In this document: positions 48,790 through 62,374 of the stretch, in pieces
Layout of the letters: each line of letters begins with the position of its first letter
Numbering within the stretch: position 1 is the first letter of the stretch
DNA from: Utricularia gibba
Taxonomy: Eukaryota; Plantae; Magnoliophyta
Assembly: GCA_002189035.1 (NCBI GenBank)
Contig: NEEC01000018.1
Coordinates: 2,418,001-2,482,000, forward strand
Length of the DNA stretch: 64,000 bases
Reading direction: 5' to 3'
Translations under genes and position numbers: made by a program
Notes under the pieces: generated by a model
What the model saw: only the letters and a program-made list of their open reading frames with translations
Databases searched by the model: none
Told to the model about the DNA's origin: nothing

Positions 48790-50468
48790 ATGGTTGGCAG
48801 GAGGAGGAAGAAGTTGAAATCGTGAGTCTTTTTTTTTTTTTTTTTTTTTTTCTCAAATCCCCATCTTCAATTTCTTATCTTTTCCTTTAGTCCGAATGTT
48901 TTTTCTTCCGCTGCCCAACTCCCTTTTCGTCTAGGCGGTGTTCCTCTTTGTATTTTTCATCTTTGATTCTGAAGAGCTGTTATACTATATTCCGATGTCG
49001 TTACATTAGAGAATCTGGTAAGAATGAGGCTAGCAGTCTCTTTCGTACTTAGGCTAGCCTTGGGATTCAGCTTGTTTAGCTACATCTTTTAGTATAAAAA
49101 TTGGTTTTTTTTTTTTTTTTGGGTATCATAGTGGTTTTCTGTCTTACAATCAAGTTTCAGGAAGGTTTCTTTACTAAGTTGAAACTTGCACGCACGTTAT
49201 TTTGCTCTTTTATTATGTTTCACGGAACGGTAGTTTAGGATCATAACCGCTTCCTAGCGAACATGTTATACAGTCTTCGTGGTTGGATACTGTATTTCCG
49301 AGTTTGGCAACGCGATCACTTTGATAGCCTTTTACGGCATTGAAAAAATTTTGACCTTTTGCAATTTTTGGACTGTAGTTTGGCTGAAACTATCACCGAT
49401 GACAGAACCCTTTCAAGAGCTGCACCACATGGAACACAAACACAGTTTGAACTACCAACTGAGCTTTTAGAGTTGATAATTTCTCGGTTGACCTTGAGAG
49501 ACAATATCCGTGCTTCTGTCGTGTGCAAAAGATGGCTGGATGTTGCATCCTCTGTCCGAGTAGCAAATAAGCCTCCATGGCTGATGTTTTTCCCAAAATT
49601 TGGAAACTTATACGAACTCTATGATCCTTCTCAGCGGAAAACATACTGGCTTGAGTTGCCTGAGCTACAAGGTTGCAGGATTTGTTATGCCAGGGATGGT
49701 TGGTTGCTATTGTACAGGCCCAGAACTCTCAGTGTATTCTTCTTTTGCCCCTACACTCGGGAGCTACTTGATTTACCTAGCCTGGAACTAACATATCAAA
49801 TAGTTGCTTTCTCTGCTGCTCCAACATCTGATAGCTGCATCATTTTCACGGTGAAGCATGTAAGCCCTACTGTGGTTGCAGTTAGCACTTGTCATCCTGG
49901 GGCAAATGCATGGAATACCAACAATTACCAAAGTCGTCTCCCGTTTGTCAGTAGCATTTGGAACAAACTTGTTTTCTGTAATGGTCTCTTCTATTGTTTG
50001 AGTTTGACTGGTTGGCTGGGAGTTTATGATCAGGACAAGAGTTCGTGGACTGTACAATCCGTGCCTCCTCCGAAGTGTCCGGAGAATTTCTTTGTCAAGA
50101 ATTGGTGGAAAGGAAAATTCATGGCAGAGTACAATGGTGAAATTTTTGTCGTGTACACATGCTCTGCTGTAAACCCTGTCATATATAAGCTGGACCAGAA
50201 AAACAAACTCTGGGTGGAGTTGGAGACGTTGGATGGTATGACTCTTTTTGCAAATTTTTTGACTTCCCATGCCAGGACAGATCTTCTTGGATCCATGAGA
50301 AACAATGTGTTCTTCTCTAAGGTCCGTTTCTATGGAAAACGTTGTGTTTCATACTCCGTAGACAATGGGAGATATTATCCAAGAAAGCAGTGCTACGACT
50401 GGGGAGACCAAGATCCTTTTGGAAGCGTCTGGGTTGAACCACCGGATGACTTGTCCATTTTTCTTTAA
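48790..50468 (+). CDS. F-box protein with DUF295/KIB1-4-type beta-propeller (exons 48790-48821, 49379-50468)
   Basis: LPTELLELIISRL...RASVVCKRW F-box, PWLMFFP, GWLLL; small first exon MVGRRRKKLKS splices in phase 2. Confidence 0.9.
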
Positions 50469-50735
50469 GGAATTTGTTGTGATGATGGTGATGGAAGTTG
50501 ATTTCTTAGCATCGATCAGACCTATGTAATGCTCGGCCAACATGTATGCTGCAGAGGACAGGATGACCTTTCTTGATAGACTGTTTGCTCTTGCTTATCC
50601 AGGTTTACTTTCTTCAAAAGCAGCTTATCTTAGTAGTATTACGGTCTCAATTTGTTCATTTCTCATCGTGTAACATTCTAGTTAGTATTATAATTACAAT
50701 CATCTGAGAAAAACCTGGAATTTGTCCAGGCAATA

Positions 50736-50881
50736 TCAAGGAAGCGTTAGCCTCATTACTTGATTTGGCAGTGGCACTGACAACTGTGCTGCTCATTGTT
50801 GTGAGGGATCTTTGAAAACCTCAAGCTAAATAACAATTTTGATGTCAAGGAAGCGTTAGCCTCCTTACTTCATTTGGCAGT
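50736..50881 (+). repeat. 37-bp direct repeat (2 mismatches), copies 50736-50772 and 50845-50881
   Basis: tcaaggaagcgttagcctc(a/c)ttactt(g/c)atttggcagt. Confidence 0.85.
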
Positions 50882-51764
50882 AAGTAACAAGAATAGCTGG
50901 ATGCTAAATGTGTGTGAAACTGTAGATAGGAATCGTTTGCGGACTAAGCGAATAAGGACGTCTGTTTCTTCTAATCTTGATGCTCCTCCAACCGAGCTAC
51001 GTGGGTCACCTGATGCAGCTATCTATCGTAATGATGTCTCAAATTGCGGTTGATTATTCTCTGCAGGTACAGAGTTGTTCGCTCTTAGTCGCATGTATGT
51101 GATGGTTGGTTTTTAAATGCATGCGCAGTAATCCACTTGTATTCTTTGATACAAAAACATTATTGTATTCAAACCGAGGACACGTTCACTGAAAATTATT
51201 GGACATTTGTTGAAAATGGACTCTCGACTTGGAGGAAGGGTAGGGCAGGGCAGGATGTGTAGGAGAGTCAAACAGAGTAAATTTATTATTGTGAAAACCA
51301 ACCCTTCGATTTTAAATACTAGAAAACATGTTCATTTGAATGAATCAATCAAATTCGTATAAAATAGAATTATAATTTACAAATAGATTCAAAAATTCAC
51401 ATTTCTTCCCCATGATTGGGTAGGATTGTTTAGAATTTCTTTTTTGATTTAATGAGATGTTGTATTGTAAAACAATATTCTTGAAGGGGTGTTTTCCCAA
51501 CCTAAGCCCTTAAGGAAAAAAAAAATGACTTGAAAATTCAATTTTAACGTCTTCTCTTCCACGGTGCGAGGGAACCGGCCTCAAAATACACCAACTAAAA
51601 ACGGCAAGTTATCGACAATTGAACGCCAACGGCTCTATCTCCGACTCAGATTCCCATCCAGGAAAACAAAGGGAATTCCAGCCTCAAATTGATCCTGATG
51701 TCCTTTCTCAAGGTTGTTTATATAGTCTTCATGCCGCATCATTCACCATCAACCTTGTTTGTCA

Positions 51765-53958
51765 ATGGAGCATTCAAAGGGAATTCTTGTCTGGGATTTG
51801 CAGATACTTTTCTTGTTTTCTTGTGTAGTTCTGGTCATCATCAATGGAGCCGAAGCGTCACATAAGGTTTATCCCCATTTACAGTCAGTCCTGACGGTAA
51901 ATGTCTTGGAAGATCACCGAACTGGCTTCCATTTTCAACCCCAAAAGCACTGGATCAACGGTAAATATAATCCAAACTATGCTACTTTTTTAGTGTTTCA
52001 TTATTTGCGGGCGATGACATATGTTTCATCCGTTTCATGTGCTGGATGCATGAACCAATCTGTTCCCTGACAGATCCAAATGGTAAGAAAAAAAAAAAAA
52101 ACTGCATCTTTATCTTAATCTTCATGTTCTCGGGAGAAACTGTATCATCAAATTTTTGTATTCAGGACCGATGTATTTCAATGGATTCTATCATATTTTC
52201 TACCAGTACAATCCCAAGGGAGCAGTGTGGGGCAACATAGTCTGGGCGCACTCTGTTTCCAAGGATTTGATTAACTGGAAAAAATTGGAACCTGCAATTT
52301 ATCCATCCGAGCCCTACGACAAATATGGTTGCTGGTCGGGTTCTGCCACCGTACTCCCGGGAAACAAGCCGGTTATCCTTTACACAGGAGTGGTGGATGA
52401 GAATAATACCCAGGTCCAAGACTACGCTGTTCCAGCCAACATTTCAGACCCATATCTCCGAGAATGGGTGAAGCCAGATGACAACCCTTTGATTGTAGCG
52501 GATGTATCCGTCAACAAGACTTCATTTCGTGATCCGACCACCGGTTGGAAGGGAGCCGATGGCCAGTGGCGGATTCTCGTGGGAGGCCTAAACGAGGATA
52601 CCGGTGTTGCGTTGTTGTTCAAGAGTAAGGATTTTTTCAAGTGGGAAAAGGTGGATCATCCGCTTCATTCCGTAGCTGGGACAGGAAATTGGGAATGCCC
52701 TGATTTTTTTCCTCTGAGAATCGGTGCAAGTACAGCGCCGGACACTGACTCGACTTACGGCCCGGATGTGAAATATGTTTTCAAGGTGAGTTTGGACGCT
52801 ACGAGGTACGAGTACTACACCTTAGGGCATTATGATGCCGAGAAAGACCTGTTTGTTCCCGACAAGGATATGGTTGAAGGGTGGAAAGGATTGAGATTAG
52901 ACTATGGAAACTTCTACGCTTCAAAATCTTTCTTTGATCCCATAAAAAAGAGAAGGATTTTCTGGGATGGGCCAATGAATCCGATACAACAGAGGATGAT
53001 GTCAAGAAGGGCTGGGCAGGCATTCAGGTAGTTATCTATTTATTTGTTATTTAACAATAACCAAAATGTCCAACTCTTTCTTGCTTCCTTTTCAGGTCAT
53101 CCCACGGACAGCGCTGCTGGATTCCAGTGGCAGGCATCTTGTGCAGTGGCCAGTGGAAGAAGTGGAGAGCTTAAGAGGGCATAGAGTGGATTTGAACGGG
53201 AACAAGCTTCTAAAGGGAGAAATGGTAGAAATCACAGGAATAACCGCAGTGCAGGCAGATATTGATGTCACATTCTCTTTTGATAACTTGGACAAAGCTG
53301 AGCCCTTTAATCGTAGTTGGGATAGACAGGACGCAGAACACATTTGCAGCCAACGACGCTCTAATGTTTCTGGTGGTCTAGGACCATTCGGAATTGCTAC
53401 ACTGGCCACAGAGAAGCTTGAAGAATTCACCCCCGTGTTTTTCCGTGTTTTCAAGGATGAGAACAAGCACCTGGTTCTCCTTTGTTCGGATGCGTCAAGG
53501 TTGTGTTATTTACTTTTCCTTTCCCACTCCACTCCCTCTCATCATGAAACACTCGAATGCTCATAATTTTTTCCTTCGCCACCAGGTCTAGTTTGAAGGA
53601 TGGGAAATCGCGCATGAAGGATGGTAAGGATGCGTACAGGCCTTCATTTGGAGGATTCATAGACACCGATTTGAAGGACATGACTCTTTCCCTTCGGAGC
53701 TTGGTAAGGGACGTTGCCGTTTATGTCTGTTGAGATCACAATTTCACCTTACGCATGCGCCCATGTATCCAGATTGACACTTCCGTGGTGGAGAGTTTTG
53801 GAGAAGGAGGGAAAACGGTCATCACATCGCGTGTTTATCCCACTCTAGCCATTTTTGATAAAGCCCGCCTGTATGCCTTCAACAATGGAACTGAGCCCGT
53901 GACTATCAAGCGGCTTAGCGCATGGAGCATGAACAAGCCTCAGAACATGAACCATTGA
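51765..53958 (+). CDS. Cell-wall acid invertase (GH32), 6 exons including a 9-nt mini-exon 52074-52082; apparent -1 frameshift in G run 52964-52966
   Basis: WIN-DPN-GPM, FRDP, WECPDF (P marks the cell-wall type), SLDATR. One added G restores FWGWANESD. Confidence 0.93.
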
Positions 53959-54438
53959 GCTAAACCAAAGGGAAAAACATACTAGCCCTCGGACATCATA
54001 CTTCATAGCAGAGCCATGAAGTAGTATTTTGTTGTCGTATGGTAAGAGAAAGAACAACGGTAGGAATAAACCAATTAGGGTCGTATTTCACGTGTATTAC
54101 TGAAAACTAAAGGAATTATTATTTAGTTTATTTACAAAGGCAGTAATATACAATTACAGAATGATAGTCGGTCCTTTGGAAATTGCAATATTTATTATAA
54201 AATTATTAATGAATGAATTCACGTATTCGTAGTTCTCATCAAAATCAATTCAATAAATTAGTTCTGTTTCTCCAAATTGGGAAATGGATGATTTGGTTCC
54301 TTGGGATGTCGACGATAAAGCAGAAGCCGTGGACAATTGTTATCAAACGAAAATATAAATAGCATGGTCCACCCGTAATATACAGACGAAAACCAGGGGT
54401 CCCTTGTTCGGAGACATCAGACGGAATAGGCCTGAAAG

Positions 54439-54858
54439 ACCACTACCGCCGTTGGTCACGCCGTGTCGTCGCCTTGCAAACGGCTGCGGCATGTGTGTTC
54501 CGCCCTGATGTTTTTTGAAGGATATTCTTGAAACTGATTGAGAGTAAGCTTTGAGTTACCTGTTTTCCTTGCTGGTTGTTTGCTTTATCTCTGTTTGTGT
54601 ATTTCCGTTAATTGTTACTTTCTTCAGTTCGAGGGTTTTTTTATGCGGTTTCTCTTTAGTTTTCACTTCAGATAATTTGAGGAAGATGCTGGTTTGTGTA
54701 AACTGAAGTGGGTGAGCAAGGTTCCAGCAGCTTGTGTTTGCTTTCGTAGTGTTTATTTTCTAGACTCACTCTAGAGCCGGTTTGCACTTTTTTCTTATGC
54801 CGGGATGGGTTTTAGGTGTCTAAAGCTGGCAGTTTGGGTATTAGCACCACTCATGGTT
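54439..54858 (+). repeat. Copy A of a ~420-bp direct repeat (SPY 5' UTR exon and start of intron 1)
   Basis: Matches 62375-62796 except for one substitution and a 2-bp indel seen by eye; contains donor GAGA|gtaagc. Confidence 0.95.
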
Positions 54859-55100
54859 AGGGTTATTTTGGTACATGAAAACGTCCTCTGTTAGTGATGC
54901 TCATTTCTCTATGGGATGGAGCTTTTAGTATTCATTTATGTGAATCTGCGCAATCGAGGGAAGTCAACTGACCATAAGAAAAATTGGAAATTTGCCTCCG
55001 TCTGTACTTTCTTCCACATCATCAGAGGTGATGCCTCATGCAAGGTTTTCTTTTTCTTTTCCTTAGGGTCTTATTCTAGAATCTGAGCTTTTTGAGTTGG

Positions 55101-58100
55101 ATGGAATTGACTGGACTAGACGGTGATGATTCAAAGCTAAGGGGATTGGAGGGTGATCATGTATTATTGAAGGATGTAATGCCTGATTCTGATGCCAAAA
55201 ATTCTCCAAACATTGATTCCTCAAATAAGAATTCTGGAGGAACTGACGTGCTTTCATATGCAAACCTTCTTCGCTCCAGAAATAAGTTTGCAGATGCACT
55301 TTCTGCTTATGAGAGAGTGTTGGAGAAGGATTGTGGAAATGTTGAAGCTCATATTGGAAAAGGAATTTGCTTGCAGATGCAGAATATGGGAATGCTTGCA
55401 TATGACAGTTTTTCCGAAGCAATCAAGCTGGAACCGCAAAATGCTTGTGCTCTAACACATTGTGGCATCTTGTGTAAGGATGAGGGTCGCTTGGTGGAGG
55501 CAGCCGAGGTAACATTAGGGGTTAGGGTCGGTGGTGCTTGCATATGTTATGGTGTTGCATAATTCTTATCGTTCTTCATATCCTTTCCTTTATACTTACT
55601 TTTCTTTGATATAGATGTATCACAAAGCTCTGATGGAAGATCCATCATACAAACTAGCTGCAGAATGCTTGGCGATTGTGCTAACAGATATTGGGACCAG
55701 CTTAAAGCTTGCTGGTAATAGTCAAGAGGGAATTCAGAAGTATTATGAAGCTATCAAAATTTACCCGCACTATGCTGTAACTCCACATTTCCTTTTTTTC
55801 GCATCTTATGTCCCTCCCTTCCTTCATGCTTGGTGAGTCTCTGCTATTTTCTGTTCTTTTTGCAGCCTGCTTATTACAATCTTGGTGTCGTGTACTCTGA
55901 AATGATGCAATACGACATGGCCCTAAGTTGTTACGAGAAAGCTGCAATGGAGAAGCCCATGTATGCCGAAGCATTTTGCAATATGGGTGTTATATACAAG
56001 AATCGTGGGGATCTGGAGTCAGCCATTGCCTGTTATGAAAGGTGATTGACGAGTTATATCCCAGCTTTTCTCAGTTGTAACTCTTGGAATGCACACAAGC
56101 AAAGCAGAAGTTGAGGTTTAGAATTGCGCGTTTCTAAAATCATGTTTGTATCTGGACACCCTCGATAATATCTGTTCTAAAATATGTGTACGCTATTATA
56201 TTCAAGCTTAAGAAGAGGCCTCACTTGCAAACTTGTATTTGGTTTTTATAACATTTTCAAGGTTCTAATTAACCTCTACTTTCTCTTAACCTCTTGTGAA
56301 TTTTGGTCTTATGGACAGGTGCCTGTCTGTCTCTCCAAATTTTGAGATAGCAAAAAGTAATATGGCTATTGCCTTGACTGATTTGGGCACAAAGGTGTGG
56401 CTCTAGCTACTGCTCATTAGATCATTTATTTAGGAATTCCATCTCGTATTCGTTGGAAATTATTTAAATTCAGAAAAACCATTGGTTTGTCACACAAGAT
56501 GTGCACTGTTTTAAGAGTCCAGAATCTCACAGTAGATCCACCTTATGCACCGTGACCTAACGTGTTGTAATACTTTGGTGTTTTCTATCTTATTTGTGTT
56601 TCTTATTCTTTTGTTTTGATATTTGCACCTAAAACATACTCTGGAAGTTCTTATTTTTTTTCATCAGCATCGCTGGAAGTTCTTATGAATTTACTACATT
56701 CTTCATGTCAATATTTCTTCATTGAAATGCCCTGACCGTGTGCATATATATAAATTTTGAATTTTGAAATTAAGTGGAGCTTGTGGATTTACTTGATATG
56801 AGCTTCGTTTTTCAGCTTATGGTGGCTGACTTGGTGCTTATCAATTGTTTGTAATGTATGTCTAACAATGGGAAACTCTTAAATGGCATATGATATAACG
56901 GATCATTACCTGTCTTGGAATGCTGATCTAGGTAAAACTGGAGGGTGATATCAACCAGGGTGTTGCGTACTATAAGAAAGCTCTATCCTACAATTGGCAC
57001 TATGCTGATGCTATGTACAACCTTGGGGTTGCCTATGGAGAAATGTTGAAATTTGACATGGTAAATGGATTGGTTTTGGTATTTATACGTGTGATATAAT
57101 TGTTTCCTGTATCAGATGCTTTTCTCTTAATCCTATGGGATATTCATTCCTCGTAAGATGTTTCATTGGTTCTCTGGTGTTTCCTGATATTAGTGTTATC
57201 CAGCTAGACTCACGTTCAGCCACCTATGCAGGCTATTGTATTTTATGAACTCGCATTTCACTTCAATCCCCATTGCGCTGAGGCATGTAACAACCTGGGT
57301 GTGATATACAAGGATCGTGACAACCTTGATAAAGCAGTGGAGTGCTACCAAGCAAGTTCTGATGCTATAAAACACTTAACAATGCTATCCCTATACGTCA
57401 TCTGTTTTCTAATTTTAATAATATACTTGCAGCTTGCTTTATCAGTCAAACCCAACTTTTCGCAGTCACTCAACAATCTCGGAGTTGTTTACACGGTTCA
57501 GGTGCTAAATCTTTATTTTTGAACAATTCTTAATCATGGAAAGATGGTTTTCCAGTGATTTTTTTGTACGTAGGGTAAAATGGATGCGGCTTTGAGCATG
57601 ATTCAGAAGGCTATTGATTCAAATCCGAGTTATGCGGAAGCATATAATAACTTAGGTAATCTTGTCTTTGTATTGAGTTTTTGAGTGGATTTGGGTAATG
57701 GTATAACAATCATACAATTAACCTTCACTTGCTATCAGTGACAACCTTTGTGGTTTTTAGGCATATGTCTGGGGGCTTAGTAGTGAATAGGAGTTGGTAA
57801 GGGAAGGTAACTATCAGGTTGGGGATGGTATAGTTCAAAAAATTCGAAAAAAAAAGGAAAATAGAACTTTTGGCCTGTATTTGTTGCTAATTTCTGTGTA
57901 TGTGCAGGAGTTTTGTTTAGAGATGCTGGAAACATAGCTTTAGCAGTTGAAGCATATGAAAAGTGCCTCAAAATAGACGCAGACTCCCGCAATGCAGGAC
58001 AGGTGTTGAGTTTGTTAACTCTGAGAATGCAGCGAAGCACTATGTAGTTTTGATTATGTCAAGCATTTTTTTGTGGCATATTTCTTGTGTTCATACGTTT

Positions 58101-60885
58101 GTGGGGACTCCAAGTTGTTGTGTTATGGATATCTTTCTTTTTCGTACCGTGATGTATGTATGAGGGTATTCTAGTAATTCAGGATGGATTTGGTTTAACG
58201 TTCTGTAATTTTGTGCTATTCCTCCTTTCATACTTTTCCATTTACAATATGTTGCCTTTGTCATTTAGACTATTGGTACCTTTTTACGTGTGCAATAAAT
58301 GTGACAGATCCTTTTTTTTTTTTTTTATGATGGTTGTTTTTGCAGAATCGGTTGCTTGCCATGAACTACATAGATGATGGCACTGATGATCGTTTGTATG
58401 ATGCTCACAGGTCTAGTTAGTTAAATCACACCATGTTAATATGCTTTCTTTTACCTCTTCTATATACTTGTTGTGAATTTGTTTGTGATTGGATGTATGA
58501 CTCCTTGAGTGAGCTTTCTGCATGTGTCTTGGGTTGAATGCATAATTTCAGGGAATGGGGTACACGCTTTATGCGGCTATTTCCTCAGTATACATCATGG
58601 GATAACATCAAGCTTCCAGATAGGCCCCTTGTAATTGGATACGTGTCTCCTGATTATTTTACTCATTCTGTATCGTACTTCATTGAAGTGCCTCTTAACT
58701 ACCACGACTATGAAAACTATAAAGTGGTTGTTTATTCAGCAGTTGTGAAGGTAAACCTCATAGTGCTGAAACCTATGGTAACTTTCGAGTATATTTATTG
58801 TTTTGGTGATTTGCTCTAAGCATCTCATATTGTAGCCGTATGAGTATTTTATAGATAATTTTGGTTTCTGCCAGGCAGATGCAAAGACTAAAAAATTCAT
58901 GGATAGAGTTTTGAAGAATGGTGGAATGTGGAGGGATATCTATGGGATTGATGAGAAAAAGGTTGCTGCAATGGTCAGAGAGGACAAAATTGATATCTTG
59001 GTGGAACTCACTGGTCACACGGCAAACAACAAGTTGGGAACGATGGCTTGCCATCCGGCACCTGTTCAAGTATTTGAGTTGCAAAACATTCATATTTTCT
59101 GTCGTTGTCTATATCTTAGTTTGCTTCGTATCTTGACTGATAATTCTAACTGTGCTGCGGGCGTGAATTTTGAAAATTGAATTATTTATTTTGTTGACTA
59201 GTCAACTTTATCTTAGTCTCTGGAATTTGTTGTCGCAGACTCCCCTCTTCAGGTTATCATGATATTATTATAATCACGGCAATTTACTTGTTTTAAATGT
59301 GGTTGCAGAATCTGAATATTTTCAGTATCAGCAGTTGTTTAGCTACAGTTATCCATCTTCATTAACATCCCGTGCTATCTTTTTCCGAAAAAAATTAACA
59401 TAGAGCCCATGGTTATTGTAGGTAACATGGATTGGCTATCCTAACACAACTGGTTTGCCAACTATTGATTACAGGATATCTGATTCACTTGCTGATCCAC
59501 CTGGTACAAAACAAAAGTAAGAATCTAACATTTTTCCTGGTTCTTGTCCGTTATTTTTCATTTATAGTCATGTGTCATTTTTTATGATGTCAGACATGTT
59601 GAAGAGTTAGTTCGCTTACCTGACTCCTTCTTGTGCTACACTCCTTCACCTGAAGCTGGTCCTGTCTGTAAAACCCCTGCATTGTCTAATGGATTTATTA
59701 CTTTTGGTAGCTTTAACAATCTTGCAAAGGTATTGGAAGTATTAGAGTCCTTTCACAGTGATTGAGTTAATGTTTGTGTTCCTAAAGCGTCTGTTGTATT
59801 AGATAACTCCTAAAGTACTTCAAGTCTGGGCAAGGATTCTCAGTGGAGTTCCAAATTCTCGCCTAATTGTGAAGTGTAAACCCTTCTGCTCTGATAGTGT
59901 GAGACAGCAGTTTCTCTCAACTCTGGAAAAACTTGGTCTGGAGCCACTACGAGTGGATCTTCTGCCTCTAATTCTTCTCAACCATGATCATATGCAAGCC
60001 TATTCTTTAATGGACATCAGGTGATGCTTGTTAATTGGATGAATATGAAGTCCAAATTTTATTTGGATAGTAACATCATTATTATTTTCTCTCCGAGTAA
60101 AAGGGATTCATTAGCAGTCGTTGCTAATATTTGTATATCTGCATGTGTTTTCTACTTCAGTTTCTTTTATATTTCATGGATTGACGGAAATATCCTGTTG
60201 TGGCTAGTTTGGATACTTTTCCCTACGCTGGGACAACCACCACGTGCGAGTCTTTATACATGGGAGTCCCCTGCGTCACCATGGGAGGTTCTGTTCACGC
60301 CCATAATGTCGGTGTGAGTATACTCAAAACAGTTGGTAAGTGTAATGTTCTGCTTCCCTCTTTTAAGATGATAGATATGCCGACATTTACATCACCGCAT
60401 GCATATGCTTTGTGGGCATTCTTTTTGAAAAGTTAGGCCTTCTGGGTGGCATCTGTGCTACAGGTTTGGACAATCTGGTTGCTGCTAATGAAGATGAGTA
60501 CGTGCAGTTGGCTCTTGACTTGGCCTTGGATGTTGCGGCCCTCTCGACTGTGAGAATGAGACTGCGGGATCTCATGCTTGATTCTCCTCTATGTGACGGA
60601 TCTAGATTTACCAAAGGCCTTGAGTTGCAATACAGAAAAATGTGGAAACGGTACTGCGAAGGTGATGTTCCCTCTTCGAAACACAAAGAAGTGCCACCTC
60701 AACTCCATGAAAACTCTGAAGAGGTAACCGTGAAGTCACCTGCTGAACTTGCAACTGTGGATGCTTCTATCAACAGCACCCTTGTACAAGCCAATGGACA
60801 TAATGCTGGGCAAAGTTCAGTATCAAGAACTTCTTCACATGTGAAAGAAAACGGTTTGCTAATAAATGGGAATGGTGATGCATGA
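55101..60885 (+). CDS. SPY: SPINDLY protein O-fucosyltransferase (TPR repeats + catalytic domain)
   Basis: TPRs ([32 protein letters not shown]), [63 protein letters not shown]. Start codon uncertain by 3 codons. Confidence 0.96.
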
Positions 60886-61557
60886 AGGCTAACTAATTCT
60901 GTGGCACTGGTGTTGGAAGGTTCATTATGCCAGAAATCAGGAGGGTGAAAACCAAGAACCCCTACTCGGAGAGGAGGTTGAAGGCACCATCCAAGGATTG
61001 AAGGAGCACAATTGTGACTCTAGGCTGATCTGGCTGTGAATTGTTCCACTCCTTGTCGCAAAATTTAGTTTAGGAACCAGCTACTCTGATATATCATTTG
61101 ATGATGAACCGCATGAGATCTAGTCCAGTGATAAGGTTTTTTATTTTCTCGGGAACACAGTCTTGAATTCTAGTGTTCATGTAGGGCTTTCCGCGCGGGT
61201 CATCTGTGGCTCTGGATATAGAGTAATTAAAATTAGATTTTTAGTTGTCAGTATGAAATAAAAATAAAAACTCAATCCAAATCTTGAAATGACATCCAGA
61301 ATGCCCCTTCCCTTCGTGATGTCCGTTCTGTTATGCTTCTCCATGTCCCTTAGCTTGATGTAAATTAATTGACGGCAGGGCAGACCGGAGCTCACGGACC
61401 TACCCACGATTTTCTTTTCCGACGTCGTGGGTGCAAATGCTGGTTGTATTTTATGGGTTGAAGGGTTGTTTCGGGATGGACACCACCTGCTCGATGAAAT
61501 GATCTTTGCTTCTTATGCATCTTCTTTTTCCTGCTTTGTAGTGGCTTACTGTTCGAA

Positions 61558-62276
61558 ATGAAGTTGAGAGGGGCTTGCAAGAAGATTTACGACTATGTTC
61601 GGTATGATCTCAAGGAGATTGCATTTCCATCCTCTTTGCCCGATCCTCCCAACATCAAAAAAAGGCGCAAGCTTACTTTGAAGGAAAAATTTCTTGTGAG
61701 TTTACTACTGCATCTCATTTTTACTACATATCGGGGAATTTAGTTGTGTAGCATAATGATTCATTTGAAAGATTGCATTTGGTTTGCCGTCCCTCTGTTA
61801 TGTTATTCCATGAATAGTCAACTTGAAATAAATATCAACAGATATTCAAGGAAGCATGTAGGCTTTACAGAGCCAGCTGGACCAGAGATATTGGTCCTGA
61901 ACTGAGGCCACGCGCTTGCAAAAACAAAGACAGAGATGAATCACAAAATGGCAAAAAAGCTGAAGAGAAAGAACCCTCGGTTATCGAGGATCTCGGTAAG
62001 AAGAATCATTGCAGTGCATGTTTTCTAAAACAAGGCGGTGATCAATCACACTGGCATTTCTGTTATTTTATACGTGCAGCTGTGGCTGCAAGAGGGGGTA
62101 TGGAGACTCTAAGACCAGCACTTCAAAGAGTATACATGACCAGAGCCTCTGCCTACAGAGATGCCCTCAAAAGTTTTATCCAAGGTTACCAAGAAGGCAT
62201 TCAGCAAGTCATGGACGGGAAAAAGGAACAGTCCGAGCCTCCACAAAAGGATGATGAAAACCCAAAAGCTAGATAG
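61558..62276 (+). CDS. Conserved plant protein of unknown function, EMB2735-like (exons 61558-61695, 61841-61995, 62080-62276)
   Basis: DYVRYDLKEIAFPSSLPDPP..KKRRKLT, ASWTRDIGPELRP, EDLAVAARGGMETLRPALQRVYMTRASAYRDALKSFIQGYQEG; the name is from memory. Confidence 0.8.
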
Positions 62277-62374
62277 GGGTCATTTTTACTTGTATCCTTC
62301 TGACGATAGTTGGGAGAATCTCGACCTTCCTTAATCAACTGGAGCATGTTAAGCAGTTTGTAATGTGCAGGAGT

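Noticed and set aside
52780-52810. Invertase as a defective or fructan-exohydrolase type
   Set aside because: SLDATR retains the Asp/Arg pair equivalent to AtcwINV1 Asp239/Lys242 that marks sucrose-cleaving enzymes.
4402-52966. Programmed frameshifting or mass pseudogenisation as the cause of the broken ORFs
   Set aside because: All breaks are one-base shortfalls in G/C runs of unrelated genes with no other decay; sequencing error is much more parsimonious.
11565-60885. Gibberellin cluster (GAS2-like enzyme and SPY)
   Set aside because: Over 40 kb and many unrelated genes apart; no sequence evidence of co-regulation.
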